A stretch of DNA of 64,000 bases from an uncultured Eubacteriales bacterium (GTDB taxonomy: Bacteria; Bacillota; Clostridia; Oscillospirales; Acutalibacteraceae). Both the position numbers and the translations under genes were made by a program. Position 1 is the first letter of the stretch. The number at the start of each line of letters is the position of its first letter. Shown piece after piece: positions 18,879 to 27,572 of the stretch. Location of the stretch: the NCBI GenBank assembly GCA_900315255.1, contig OMYH01000024.1, forward strand, positions 740 through 64,739. The letters are read 5' to 3'. The notes beneath the pieces are model-generated. The model was given only the letters and a program-made list of their open reading frames with translations. It ran no database searches and was not told the DNA's origin.

Positions 18879-19370
18879 TTATATAATTATATTCTCGTTT
18901 TTAAGGTCATCTGCCCAATAGCACTCGTTTTTTGCACTGCAGCAAAAGCACATTCGTGAAAGCTTATCCGCCCTGTACAACAGCGCACCGAGCGATCTGT
19001 CTGTATCGTCTGCAGGTGTTCGGTGTTCGCTTATTGCCTTGCTTATAAGCTCCATTTCATCTGTACCATATCCGCACTGGATCAGAATATGCTTTGCTGT
19101 CCTCTCTCCTGCTATGTTGTGAGGAGTACCGTTTGTGTACTGCTCGTATCGTCCGATATCGTGCAGAAGCGCCGCCGCATAAATAATATCCTTGCTGTAC
19201 TCAAGAGTCTCTTCGAGCGTGATTATATACATTATCCTTGCGGTATCGAGCAAGTGAGCAATACCGTGGCGGCAGAATCTCCTGTCTTTTTCATATTCGT
19301 TTATACTGTCAAGCAGACTGATATAGTCGCCGTTTTCGATGATTCTGTTATATCTCCCGCCGCTTTTCAT
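18879..19370 (-). CDS. HD-domain metal-dependent phosphohydrolase, translationally coupled to folE
   Basis: The HD signature is AALLHDIGR, with upstream H residues (CRHGIAHLLD). I chose the start at Met41 of the track ORF. This ATG overlaps the folE TGA (sequence TGATG), and upstream of it the track ORF lies inside folE. Confidence 0.7.
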   Translation of the reverse strand: MKSGGRYNRIIENGDYISLLDSINEYEKDRRFCRHGIAHLLDTARIMYIITLEETLEYSKDIIYAAALLHDIGRYEQYTNGTPHNIAGERTAKHILIQCGYGTDEMELISKAISEHRTPADDTDRSLGALLYRADKLSRMCFCCSAKNECYWADDLKNENIII

Positions 19371-19924
19371 CAGGAACGCACCATATCCATAAACATACGC
19401 TGTTTGTCGTGATCGCCGGCAAAGCAGCCTCTTGCAGCATATGTAACCGTCTGACTTCCGGGCTTTTTGATCCCTCTCATTGACATACACATATGCTCTG
19501 CTTCAAGCATGACCATAACGCCCTTTGGAGCGAGATATTCCTCCAGAGCATTTGCGATCTGTGATGTAAGCTGCTCCTGTATCTGAGGACGTCTTGCATA
19601 GACCTCGACAGTCCTTGCAAGCTTGCTTAAACCTACTACCTTCCCATCTGGGATATATGCAATATGAGCTTTCCCGAAAAACGGCAGCAGATGATGCTCG
19701 CAGGTGGAATAAAACATAATATCCTTCACAAGAACAACATCGTTATTGTCAACGGTAAACTGCTTTGAGAGATGCTCCTCTGCTGTTTTGCCCATGCCGC
19801 CGTATATCTCCTCGCACATTCTCGCCACTCTGTCGGGAGTTTCGAGAAGACCTTCCCTGTTTACGTCTTCGCCTATTCCCTCCAGAAACATTTTTACCGC
19901 CTGTTTTATTTTATCGTAATCCAT
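19370..19924 (-). CDS. folE: GTP cyclohydrolase I (FolE type I)
   Basis: [36 protein letters not shown]..., [10 protein letters not shown], and RPQIQEQLT are all typical of FolE. I chose the start at Met43 of the track ORF. It has a GGGAGG RBS, and the upstream extension overlaps the riboswitch. Confidence 0.9.
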   Translation of the reverse strand: MDYDKIKQAVKMFLEGIGEDVNREGLLETPDRVARMCEEIYGGMGKTAEEHLSKQFTVDNNDVVLVKDIMFYSTCEHHLLPFFGKAHIAYIPDGKVVGLSKLARTVEVYARRPQIQEQLTSQIANALEEYLAPKGVMVMLEAEHMCMSMRGIKKPGSQTVTYAARGCFAGDHDKQRMFMDMVRS

Positions 19925-19979
19925 AAAAACGAACCTCCCGTGCAGATAGTCCGACAGCCGCACAAGAGGTATCCATGTA

Positions 19980-20074
19980 GCAGCGGAATGCAGCTGCGAA
20001 ATCGCAAGCAAAGCTTTTCGTCCTCCGACAACTTCCTGTTCGAAAGGCACTTAACGCTTCACAGCCTACTCTGC
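19980..20074 (-). promoter_or_regulatory. THF (tetrahydrofolate) riboswitch aptamer, class I, in the folE leader
   Basis: The reverse strand reads GCAGAGUAGGCUGUGAAGCGUUAAGUGCCUUUCGAACAGGAAGUUGUCGGAGGACGAAAAGCUUUGCUUGCGAUUUCGCAGCUGCAUUCCGCUGC. It contains the blocks I recall as conserved in THF-I aptamers (AGAGUAG, GCGUUAAGUG, GGA(A/U)GU..GUCG, ACGAA.GC, GCAU.CCGCU closing P1). The genomic context upstream of folE fits. Confidence 0.7.
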
Positions 20075-20287
20075 AATTATTATCTGTTAAAATTATAACA
20101 CACTCCGACAAAATAATCAACGGATTTACGTACAACTATTTCAAGTGTATTCTTTTATTATTGTGTATTGTGTAGAAATAAACTAAGAGTTTCAAATGCA
20201 TTTCCAAGCTGAAAACACAACGCTTGATTGAACCGTCGTCCCAAGCTGCGATCATGCGAGCATGCCAAGCTTAAAATCCTTGTTTAA

Positions 20288-20932
20288 TCATATTTTGGAA
20301 TATCCAAAGCTGTTGACAAGAGCCTCAATCTTCTCGCCGTTCTTGCATATAGGGCACTGATGCGGCTTGTAGCTTTCGTAATCACCGAGATCATTCGGGT
20401 CAAAAAGCGAATTTACAGGGTGATGATCACACTCATCAACCGTGGAAAATATAGACGCAACGCCTACGACTTTACCGCCGTAGTAATTAACTGCGTCAAT
20501 AGCAACAAGGGCGCTCTTACCTGTGGTAACGGAAGCCGCAAGAATAAGCACATTCTTGTCCTTGATCATAGGAACGAGATTATCTCTGAACATGATCTGT
20601 CCGCCCGACAGAAGTTCGGGTGTTACAACATACATATTGCGGTTTGCATTCATATTGATATAGTGGTCGCCTGTCAGTTCCTCTGCAATACAAGCTCCGA
20701 CAACCTGCATACCGTCAATACACAGAATAGTATCTATGATAGTATGAACTTTGTAATTCTCCGCCAGCTCTTTTGCCACCGCCTGAGCTTCTGAAAAACG
20801 CATTTTCTGAATGGTAACATCAATAAAGTAGTTCGTGTGAAGGTGCATGGTTGCAAAGTGTCCTTTTTTAACACGAAGGAACACATCGGGGTTCTTAGTT
20901 CTGATCTTAAAAGTTTCTGACATTTGTATCAC
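20288..20932 (-). CDS. Phosphoribosyltransferase-family protein with a C-terminal CxxC motif
   Basis: A PRTase PRPP-binding-like motif is present (VLILAASVTTGKS). The C-terminus contains HQCPICKNG. No specific substrate assignment is possible. Confidence 0.55.
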   Translation of the reverse strand: MIQMSETFKIRTKNPDVFLRVKKGHFATMHLHTNYFIDVTIQKMRFSEAQAVAKELAENYKVHTIIDTILCIDGMQVVGACIAEELTGDHYINMNANRNMYVVTPELLSGGQIMFRDNLVPMIKDKNVLILAASVTTGKSALVAIDAVNYYGGKVVGVASIFSTVDECDHHPVNSLFDPNDLGDYESYKPHQCPICKNGEKIEALVNSFGYSKI

Positions 20933-21124
20933 CTGCTTAGTGTTTTATTTTACAATAATATAGTACAACATTTTTCAGAATAAATCAAGTATTTTATTGT
21001 ATGCTATACAGACACTTTAACAGAATGGACAAATATCGCAGCTGTGAGCTTTTCACCCCGATCGTTGAAAGAAACTGCGTGTGCGGTATTACTTTAAGGA
21101 GCCACTGCCCGCAACCTTTTTACA

Positions 21125-21922
21125 CTATTCTCTTTTCTGCATCAACAGCTTTGAAAACATCAGATAGCTTGCCGATACCGCAAACAAGATCAGGCTTATC
21201 CATTGAGATGTCGACAGTCCGAAGAAGATCCCCCTCACAGCATCGCCTCTCAAAAACTCCAGCCCAAATCTCATACAAGGATAGATAAGCAGATACAGAT
21301 ACACTATCCTGCCCTTCATCAATCCTTTTTTATGCAAGGCAAGCAGAGCTATAAAAATAAGAAAGTTGCCTGCCGCCTCAAACAGCGGAGTCGGAAGTCT
21401 GCAGACTCCGTTAAGCTCGGGAACCAGCGGGTTGTTGTGCGCCGTAAAGCCTAATTCCGACTCGATACCGTAGCAGCAGCCTCCGAAGAAACAGCCGATC
21501 CTGCCGAAGGTGTGAAACAGAGGTATACATATCGCAAAGGTATCTATCAGCTTTGATCTCATCTCTTTGTTATATTTTTTTGTGAATATCATGAAAGCCG
21601 CCAATGCCCCCAGAAATCCTCCGTAGAAAACCGAACCGCCGAAGCACGCTCCGAGAACCCCGACGATCTGCTTAAACGACAGCTTGTCAAGATTAAACAT
21701 AAGCTTCAGCAAAACGTCAGCGTGCGTCAGACCGTATACGATATGCCCCCCGATTATAAGCCCGATAAACGTCGGCACCGCAAGAAGTATCGTGTCTTCG
21801 ATCATGAAATCATCGTATTTTGTATTGCGATAGAAGAAAAATACCGCCAGAAGACACCCTATCACGGCGAATATGCCGTATGTGCCTATCTCTCTTCCGA
21901 AAACATCAATTAACGGGTACAT
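21125..21922 (-). CDS. lgt: Prolipoprotein diacylglyceryl transferase
   Basis: A multi-TM protein with the Lgt signature HTFGRIGCFFGGCCYG and C-terminal FLRGD. Confidence 0.9.
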   Translation of the reverse strand: MYPLIDVFGREIGTYGIFAVIGCLLAVFFFYRNTKYDDFMIEDTILLAVPTFIGLIIGGHIVYGLTHADVLLKLMFNLDKLSFKQIVGVLGACFGGSVFYGGFLGALAAFMIFTKKYNKEMRSKLIDTFAICIPLFHTFGRIGCFFGGCCYGIESELGFTAHNNPLVPELNGVCRLPTPLFEAAGNFLIFIALLALHKKGLMKGRIVYLYLLIYPCMRFGLEFLRGDAVRGIFFGLSTSQWISLILFAVSASYLMFSKLLMQKRE

Positions 21923-21941
21923 CTGTTATCATCCTGACTTA

Positions 21942-22715
21942 TCAGTAAAATATGTAAGGCACATCCGATCCTAAAGCCGCAACGAATCCCACAACACATA
22001 GAGAATACGTTAAAAGGAATAAGCTCGAAAAAGATACACCTATGATTGAAAGTACCAGTCCCGCAGTTGCAGTACCGGTCGGACGATGATGCCGCCGCAG
22101 TGTTTTTTTGCCTGAAGACCCAAGAACCACTCCCACCACACTGCAGATCAGAGCGGCGATCAGCAGTATGAAACATATAACAGGCGTTATCATGAAGAAG
22201 AAGTGCAAAAATGCACCGACCACCGCAATTATACCGAGCGCCAACGAGCCTCCTGCCATGCCGGTGCCCGAAGATGAATAAACGGAGCTTGACGGATAGT
22301 AGCTTTCACTGTATGAATAACTCGGTGTATGATTATTGTAGTACGAGCTTTCACGGTACGGTTTTGCCGGAGATGACGGATATGCGCTGCCATAATATGA
22401 GCCTCTGCCGTATGAATCGCCGTAGTAACCGTTCCCATAGTAAGGATTGCCGCTGCTTGAATTATTGTAATAGGCATTTCCGTAATAAGAGCTTGTGTTA
22501 TATGAACTGTCGCTGTAGATTTTCCCTCGGTACGGGATCACCTGCTGATAATTATCACGGTATTTATTGTTCTGATACCGGACTATAGGGTAATACCCGT
22601 TCGGATAATCGCTCGAGCTGCCATGCGCCCTTTTGTGTGACCCGTGTTTGCTGTGATATGTCCCCCGAGGCCGTCCTGTGTATTGTCCTTGATGGTAATT
22701 TGACGGATATGCCAT
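21942..22715 (-). CDS. DUF4190-like membrane protein with a 160-aa Tyr/Ser/Gly/Asn-rich low-complexity N-terminal domain
   Basis: The N-terminus is dominated by Y, S, G and N (SSYYGNAYYNNSSSGNPYYGNGYYGDSYGRGSYYGSAY). The C-terminal TM pair has the motif RPTGTATAGLVLSIIG, shared with the downstream paralog. Confidence 0.6.
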   Translation of the reverse strand: MAYPSNYHQGQYTGRPRGTYHSKHGSHKRAHGSSSDYPNGYYPIVRYQNNKYRDNYQQVIPYRGKIYSDSSYNTSSYYGNAYYNNSSSGNPYYGNGYYGDSYGRGSYYGSAYPSSPAKPYRESSYYNNHTPSYSYSESYYPSSSVYSSSGTGMAGGSLALGIIAVVGAFLHFFFMITPVICFILLIAALICSVVGVVLGSSGKKTLRRHHRPTGTATAGLVLSIIGVSFSSLFLLTYSLCVVGFVAALGSDVPYIFY

Positions 22716-22853
22716 TGTATGCCCCCCTCTTTATGATGATAAATAAATTGATTAAATATATTGTTATTTTCAAAAACACAAGATATAATATAAGACCGCC
22801 GATTCCTCTGCGGTCTTTGCAAGTGTAAAAATAAAGGTCACATTTAAGCAGGA

Positions 22854-23291
22854 TTAAAAATACCCCAGACTGCCCATAAGTCCGTAATAGCTGCCAAAAG
22901 CCGCCAAAGCACAGATAGTAAACAGCGTCATAAGTCCCGAGAGGCATGTACCTACTATAGAGAGTACCATTGCTGCCGTCGCTTTACCGGTAGGCAAACG
23001 ATACAGTTTCAGACGCTTTCTGCACTGTACAGAGAGAATGATCCCCACAATACCGCATCCCAGACAAAGCCAGATAAAGAGCATCAGAGTAGTGAAGCCA
23101 AATACCACCGATCCCGCAGTAGAAACAATTCCCAATACCAAAGATGCCGTCAGCTTTGCGTTAAACGAACCGCCCGAACGATTGCCGGAGTTGTAATTGT
23201 AGTTATTGTAATTATTGCCGTAGTAATTGTTATAATTCTGACGATTGTAATCATATTGGCTTAACTGATAATCGTTCCTGTTATAAGACAT
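22854..23291 (-). CDS. DUF4190-like membrane protein, shorter paralog with an Asn/Tyr-rich N-terminus
   Basis: MSYNRNDYQLSQYDYNRQNYNNYYGNNYNNYNYNSGN..., then TM helices and LPTGKATAAMVLSIVG. I chose the start at the Met preceded by GGAG. The track ORF begins 10 codons upstream. Confidence 0.6.
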   Translation of the reverse strand: MSYNRNDYQLSQYDYNRQNYNNYYGNNYNNYNYNSGNRSGGSFNAKLTASLVLGIVSTAGSVVFGFTTLMLFIWLCLGCGIVGIILSVQCRKRLKLYRLPTGKATAAMVLSIVGTCLSGLMTLFTICALAAFGSYYGLMGSLGYF

Positions 23292-23474
23292 CGACTCCAC
23301 TCTCACTTTCCCGTACAACATTAGTGCACATCTTTATGCAAATTATACCATGATACGATTATTTTGTCAACATATTCTGCATATCTTATTCATGACAATT
23401 TATATATGAATTTATATTACATGAATATTATTTTTATTCTTTATCATTTATAAAAAATGGTAGCCAAATAAAAA

Positions 23475-23512
23475 AAGGAGAATCTGCCATTGCAGTTCTC
23501 CTTGATGTTTTT
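23475..23512 (-). terminator. Bidirectional-looking terminator after the ABC/CPBP operon
   Basis: Stem AAGGAGAA(T)CTGC / TGCAG TTCTCCTT is flanked by an A-run on one side and a T-run on the other. Confidence 0.6.
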
Positions 23513-23518
23513 TGTATT

Positions 23519-24550
23519 TTACTCTACTGATACTGCCGTTTCCGATAATTCGCTCTGCTTTGTTTTTGTCATAAGAACAACTATTGTTCCGATAACAAGA
23601 ACTATCGTTACGGCTATGCTGCCTTCAAGACCGAAGTCGCCGCCATTTAGAAGCTCCTTGCCCTCTACCGAGTTCATTTGGAATATTGTGTCCAACCCGC
23701 TAAGACCGCTGACCTTGATCCCATAGAAATTGCCCTGAACAAAATTCCACAGCGAATGCATAGCGCAAGCGCCCCAGATGTTGCCTCTTTTCAGTACATA
23801 CACTCCCGCAAATATACCGAACAAGGATACATTCACGATAGCAAGCGGGTGTACGCCGGGATTAAGCAAATGCAGACAGCCGAAAGCGATCGACGAAACA
23901 ACGACCGCCAGAGCCGCAGATGAACGTCTTGTCATTGATATCATAAAATATCCTCTGCACATAGTTTCCTCGCTCATTCCCTGAATGAGGAAACCGACAA
24001 AGAACAGCCCTATCATACCGAAATTGATATTTTGAGCCAAGCCGCCGAATTTTAGAGCACCCGTTGCAAGGGAAATTGCGACCGACAGAGAAAAGATCCC
24101 GAATCCTATCACCATTCCGACCAGATATTCCTTGACGGCTCCGTTTTTGCGGAAGCCCATAGACGCAAGGCTTCTCTTCTCGATAAAACGGCAGAACAGC
24201 ATGATAAGTATTGTTGTTATTGCCGTCATGAAAAGCTGAGGCAACTGAGGTACGTTCATTGCTAACGCCGACACTGCGCTTTGGTACTCAGACATGGTGA
24301 GTTCTCCGTTCTGAAACTGCTGTGTCGCAATGGCGTATTCTTCACTCGACATTATGTTTACAGTCTCCATCACAGCTAACGGAAGTCCCAATACTATTTC
24401 GACCACAAGAGTAACAGCTAAGAATATGAGTATCTCAATAATAAAATTATGTCCCTTGGGCTTTGCGGGCTGCGACGGATCGGCATTCTTATTGACTATG
24501 CCCTGTCTTGCCTCATCAAGCATTTTGGTTCTCGGAAGTAAATTCTTCAT
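23519..24550 (-). CDS. CPBP-family intramembrane glutamic endopeptidase (CAAX protease/Abi-like)
   Basis: A multi-TM protein with CPBP motifs EETMCRGY (EExxxR) and FGCLHLLN (FxxxH). Confidence 0.8.
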   Translation of the reverse strand: MKNLLPRTKMLDEARQGIVNKNADPSQPAKPKGHNFIIEILIFLAVTLVVEIVLGLPLAVMETVNIMSSEEYAIATQQFQNGELTMSEYQSAVSALAMNVPQLPQLFMTAITTILIMLFCRFIEKRSLASMGFRKNGAVKEYLVGMVIGFGIFSLSVAISLATGALKFGGLAQNINFGMIGLFFVGFLIQGMSEETMCRGYFMISMTRRSSAALAVVVSSIAFGCLHLLNPGVHPLAIVNVSLFGIFAGVYVLKRGNIWGACAMHSLWNFVQGNFYGIKVSGLSGLDTIFQMNSVEGKELLNGGDFGLEGSIAVTIVLVIGTIVVLMTKTKQSELSETAVSVE

Positions 24551-24561
24551 TACAATTCTCC

Positions 24562-25761
24562 TTATCTTGCAAACATTATTTTTTCACTGTTGAACATATG
24601 TCTTAGCAGCACCATACCGAGCGCCGAAACAGCTATATTTATACATACAGTCACACAAATATGGACAATATCGGCTGACCGCGCGAATATCCCAATCAGG
24701 CTCTGCACGGAATTCAGTATCGGAATGCAGTACCAGTAAATCTCCGCTTTAGCCTCGGTGGAATACATCGACGAGAATCCCGCAAACATTACGATCAGCA
24801 TAACCGGAAGAACGAGCGTTGACGCCTCCTTGACAGTCTTCGCATATGCCGACAACACGGATATTATAGTTATAAAAAGAATGACCGTAGACAAGATCAC
24901 AATGACAAGTCCGACATAATCTCCTGCGCCGTAACCCGAAAGCGACATCGACATATTTTCGCCGCTTTCCACCATCTCGCCCATCAGGGCAGGCATGGAT
25001 AATATCGTTCCGATACAGCTTGAAATACCTCCGAGCAGCGCCATCAGCGAGAGCGCCAGCACCTTGCCCAAAGCGATCTGTCCTCTCGGGACGGGCGTGA
25101 GCAACATTGCCGCAAACGTTCCCCTCTCCTTTTCTCCAGCAATACTCTCGGGAGCAATCGCCATACAGCTTGAATAAATGAGCATAAGCAGCAGCATCGG
25201 AAGTATCGATGCAAATATCGTACCCGTTGCGTCCTCGCTTGTTGCCACATCGTAACTGACATTCTTTTCATCGGGGTTTATGTCGAAAACGTTGCTGATA
25301 TTCTGCTCGACCCGATCGAGTATCAGGGTAACTCTATTAAAAGCGGCAGACGAAGCCATGTCCGCAGAGTTATAGTATATCTCCACAAATGATACATCGC
25401 CGCTGCCCGGCGTATATTTTGCGATACTGCTGTCAAAATCCTCGGGGAAAACCATCAGCAGATCGGCGTCCTTAGTTTTCAGCTTTTCTTTTATACCCTC
25501 GGCTTCTTTTTCGGTGATCCCGATAATGTTAAATCCGCCGTTCTCGATTGCCTCTCCTGCAATAACGGGCATATTGACAACATATGTTTCATAATGCTTT
25601 TCCTTTGAGTCCTTCATCATTCCCGAGAGAGAGCTGCCCATAACGCTGTACAGCAGAAATATCATAAGTCCCGGGAGAATTACCGTAGTGAAAAAAAGCC
25701 TTTTGTCACCCAGAAACCTCGCCATTTCTTTCCTGAATACTACAAACGCTCCGTTTTTCAT
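24562..25761 (-). CDS. ABC-2 type transporter permease (NatB-like)
   Basis: An N-terminal TM is followed by a large extracytoplasmic loop and then 5 C-terminal TMs. The gene overlaps the upstream ATPase gene by 4 nt. Confidence 0.75.
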   Translation of the reverse strand: MKNGAFVVFRKEMARFLGDKRLFFTTVILPGLMIFLLYSVMGSSLSGMMKDSKEKHYETYVVNMPVIAGEAIENGGFNIIGITEKEAEGIKEKLKTKDADLLMVFPEDFDSSIAKYTPGSGDVSFVEIYYNSADMASSAAFNRVTLILDRVEQNISNVFDINPDEKNVSYDVATSEDATGTIFASILPMLLLMLIYSSCMAIAPESIAGEKERGTFAAMLLTPVPRGQIALGKVLALSLMALLGGISSCIGTILSMPALMGEMVESGENMSMSLSGYGAGDYVGLVIVILSTVILFITIISVLSAYAKTVKEASTLVLPVMLIVMFAGFSSMYSTEAKAEIYWYCIPILNSVQSLIGIFARSADIVHICVTVCINIAVSALGMVLLRHMFNSEKIMFAR

Positions 25762-26540
25762 ACGTTATCCCCCTTTCTTTGAGAATACAGGTCAAAAAAC
25801 AGATCTTCAAGCGTCTGTTTCTTTGTAAGATCATGTATGCTGCCGCACATTATCATCTCTCCGTCGATAATTATCCCTGCCCTGTCGCAAATCTTTTCCA
25901 CAAGGCTGAAAATATGCGTGGAAACAATTATCGTCTTTCCCTGTGATCTTAGCTCCAGAAGATAATCCGTGACCACCTTTGCCGTAATTACATCAAGACC
26001 GTTTGTCGGCTCGTCGAATATAATAATATCAGGGTCGTGTACCACCGACATCACGATAGACGTTTTCTGCTTCATACCCGTTGACAGATTTGCGATCTTC
26101 ACCTCGGCAAACTTATCTATGCCGAATTTCGAGAACAGCTCAGCCTTGCGTTTTTGACGTATATCATCGGGTATTCTGTGCATATCCGAGAAAAAGTCAT
26201 ACAGGAAATTCGGAGTAAAAAACTCCTCCAGCTTGAGTTCGCTTGTGAGAAAGCCCATTTTTTCACGAACCTTTTCGGGTTCCTTTACAACGCTGATGTC
26301 GTCGATGAATGCATCGCCGCTGTCGGGTCTGATCAGAGTTGCAAGCATACGCAGTGTTGTTGTCTTGCCTGCACCGTTAGGTCCGAGCAAGCCGAATATC
26401 TCGCCCTCATATGCCGAAAACGATAATTTGCTGACGGCTTTCTTTATTCTGTCATCAGTATTCTCAAGCTTCTGCTGCTTTTTGGAGAGTCTGAAACTCT
26501 TTGTCAGCTCCTCCACCTTCAATACCTCTTTAATTGTCAT
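25758..26540 (-). CDS. ABC transporter ATP-binding protein (NatA-like)
   Basis: Walker A GLLGPNGAGKTT, signature LSTGMKQK, Walker B IIIFDEPTNGLD. Confidence 0.9.
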   Translation of the reverse strand: MTIKEVLKVEELTKSFRLSKKQQKLENTDDRIKKAVSKLSFSAYEGEIFGLLGPNGAGKTTTLRMLATLIRPDSGDAFIDDISVVKEPEKVREKMGFLTSELKLEEFFTPNFLYDFFSDMHRIPDDIRQKRKAELFSKFGIDKFAEVKIANLSTGMKQKTSIVMSVVHDPDIIIFDEPTNGLDVITAKVVTDYLLELRSQGKTIIVSTHIFSLVEKICDRAGIIIDGEMIMCGSIHDLTKKQTLEDLFFDLYSQRKGDNV

Positions 26541-26555
26541 TCTCCTCCTTTACGC

Positions 26556-26598
26556 AACTGTATATTAACAGTATATACAGTTAGCCTTCATTTGTCAA
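26556..26598 (-). promoter_or_regulatory. Promoter with overlapping 10-7-10 palindromic operator for the ABC/CPBP operon
   Basis: The reverse strand reads TTGACA-N17-TATACT. The perfect inverted repeat AACTGTATAT-N7-ATATACAGTT (26556..26582) covers the -10 and the start region. A GGAGGAG RBS follows. Confidence 0.55.
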
Positions 26599-26619
26599 CA
26601 GATAAACAAGATTTTCAAT

Positions 26620-26662
26620 AAAAAAACACAAAGCGGTGCATAAGTTATCCTATACACCGCTC
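26620..26662 (-). terminator. Rho-independent terminator after the zinc-ribbon gene
   Basis: The reverse strand has stem AGCGGTG / CACCGCT with a 16-nt loop, followed by TTGTGTTTTTTT. Confidence 0.55.
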
Positions 26663-26676
26663 AATCTGATAAAAGA

Positions 26677-27450
26677 TCAGTCTTTTTTCTCTATGCTTAC
26701 TGTTTTCTTAGATGCCTGCTCGGGGTTGTCGATGACGGGAGCAGCCGTCTGATCGGGTGTGTACGGCTGTGTTGTCTGCGAACCTGTCATATCGGGGATA
26801 ACGGGCGTCTGGGGTGCAAACATATTGTCGTTCATCGGAGCAGCAGGCGCTGCGGGAACTACGGGAGCATTCGGCATAACGGGCGCTGAGGGCACCGAGT
26901 TCATAGACGTATCATAACCCGGTGTTGAGAAAACGCCGTTATCGGGAGTCATAGCACCTCCCAGGGGCTGATGCTGTGTTTCGGGCAGTTTCGTGCCGCA
27001 CAGATTGCAGAAAGCTGCACCATACGCTACGGCATTACCGCACTGAGGGCAAACGTTTCCGCCCGGTGCGACCTGCGCTGTGGGAGCTTCGGCAGGCATT
27101 TGTGTGCCGCACGAATTGCAGAACATTGAGCCGAGAGCTACCTCTGCACCGCAGTTCGGGCACATTCTGACTCCCGAAACAGTTCTGAGCTGCTCCTTCA
27201 AAGCGTCGATCCTCACATATGCGTCCTTAACAGACATCATCTGATCTGCAAAATCGGCATTAGGATTGTCCTTGTTTGCCTCGTAATAATTCCTTCCGAT
27301 AAGCTGGAAGATACTGTTGATCTGCTTCTCTTCATCAGAGAGCTTTGCGTTAAGTCTTGTCTTCTCGGCAAAATTCTTCGTTTGATTAGCAGCCTCCTGG
27401 CCTACCATTGTCAGTTTCTTTGTAATATCATCAAAAAATCCCATATTCAA
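26677..27450 (-). CDS. Double zinc-ribbon protein with a Pro/Ala-rich C-terminal region
   Basis: There are two CxxC-N-CxxC ribbons (CPNCGAEVALGSMFCNSCG; CPQCGNAVAYGAAFCNLCG). The N-terminus looks helical and the tail is low-complexity. Confidence 0.6.
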   Translation of the reverse strand: MNMGFFDDITKKLTMVGQEAANQTKNFAEKTRLNAKLSDEEKQINSIFQLIGRNYYEANKDNPNADFADQMMSVKDAYVRIDALKEQLRTVSGVRMCPNCGAEVALGSMFCNSCGTQMPAEAPTAQVAPGGNVCPQCGNAVAYGAAFCNLCGTKLPETQHQPLGGAMTPDNGVFSTPGYDTSMNSVPSAPVMPNAPVVPAAPAAPMNDNMFAPQTPVIPDMTGSQTTQPYTPDQTAAPVIDNPEQASKKTVSIEKKD

Positions 27451-27572
27451 AACCTCTTTCTTATTTTATTTTCTTTAAGATTATTCGTTTGCTTACCATG
27501 GTTTTATTGTACCACGGGATACAATAATAAACAATGAAATTAATCTTAAGCAAAGATTAGAAATTCATTAAA

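Noticed and set aside
19925-20050. N-terminal 42-codon extension of the folE track ORF, and the 40-codon extension of the HD ORF (19371..19490)
   Set aside because: The folE extension overlaps the THF riboswitch and has no RBS. The internal Met43 has GGGAGG upstream and aligns with the canonical FolE N-terminus. The HD extension lies inside folE coding sequence.
21094-21107. TTAAGGAGCCACTG just downstream of lgt, one mismatch from either terminal repeat variant of the MITE-like family
   Set aside because: Only 14 nt match and nothing element-like follows. It could be a solo remnant, but chance occurrence of an SD-like AAGGAG motif cannot be excluded.
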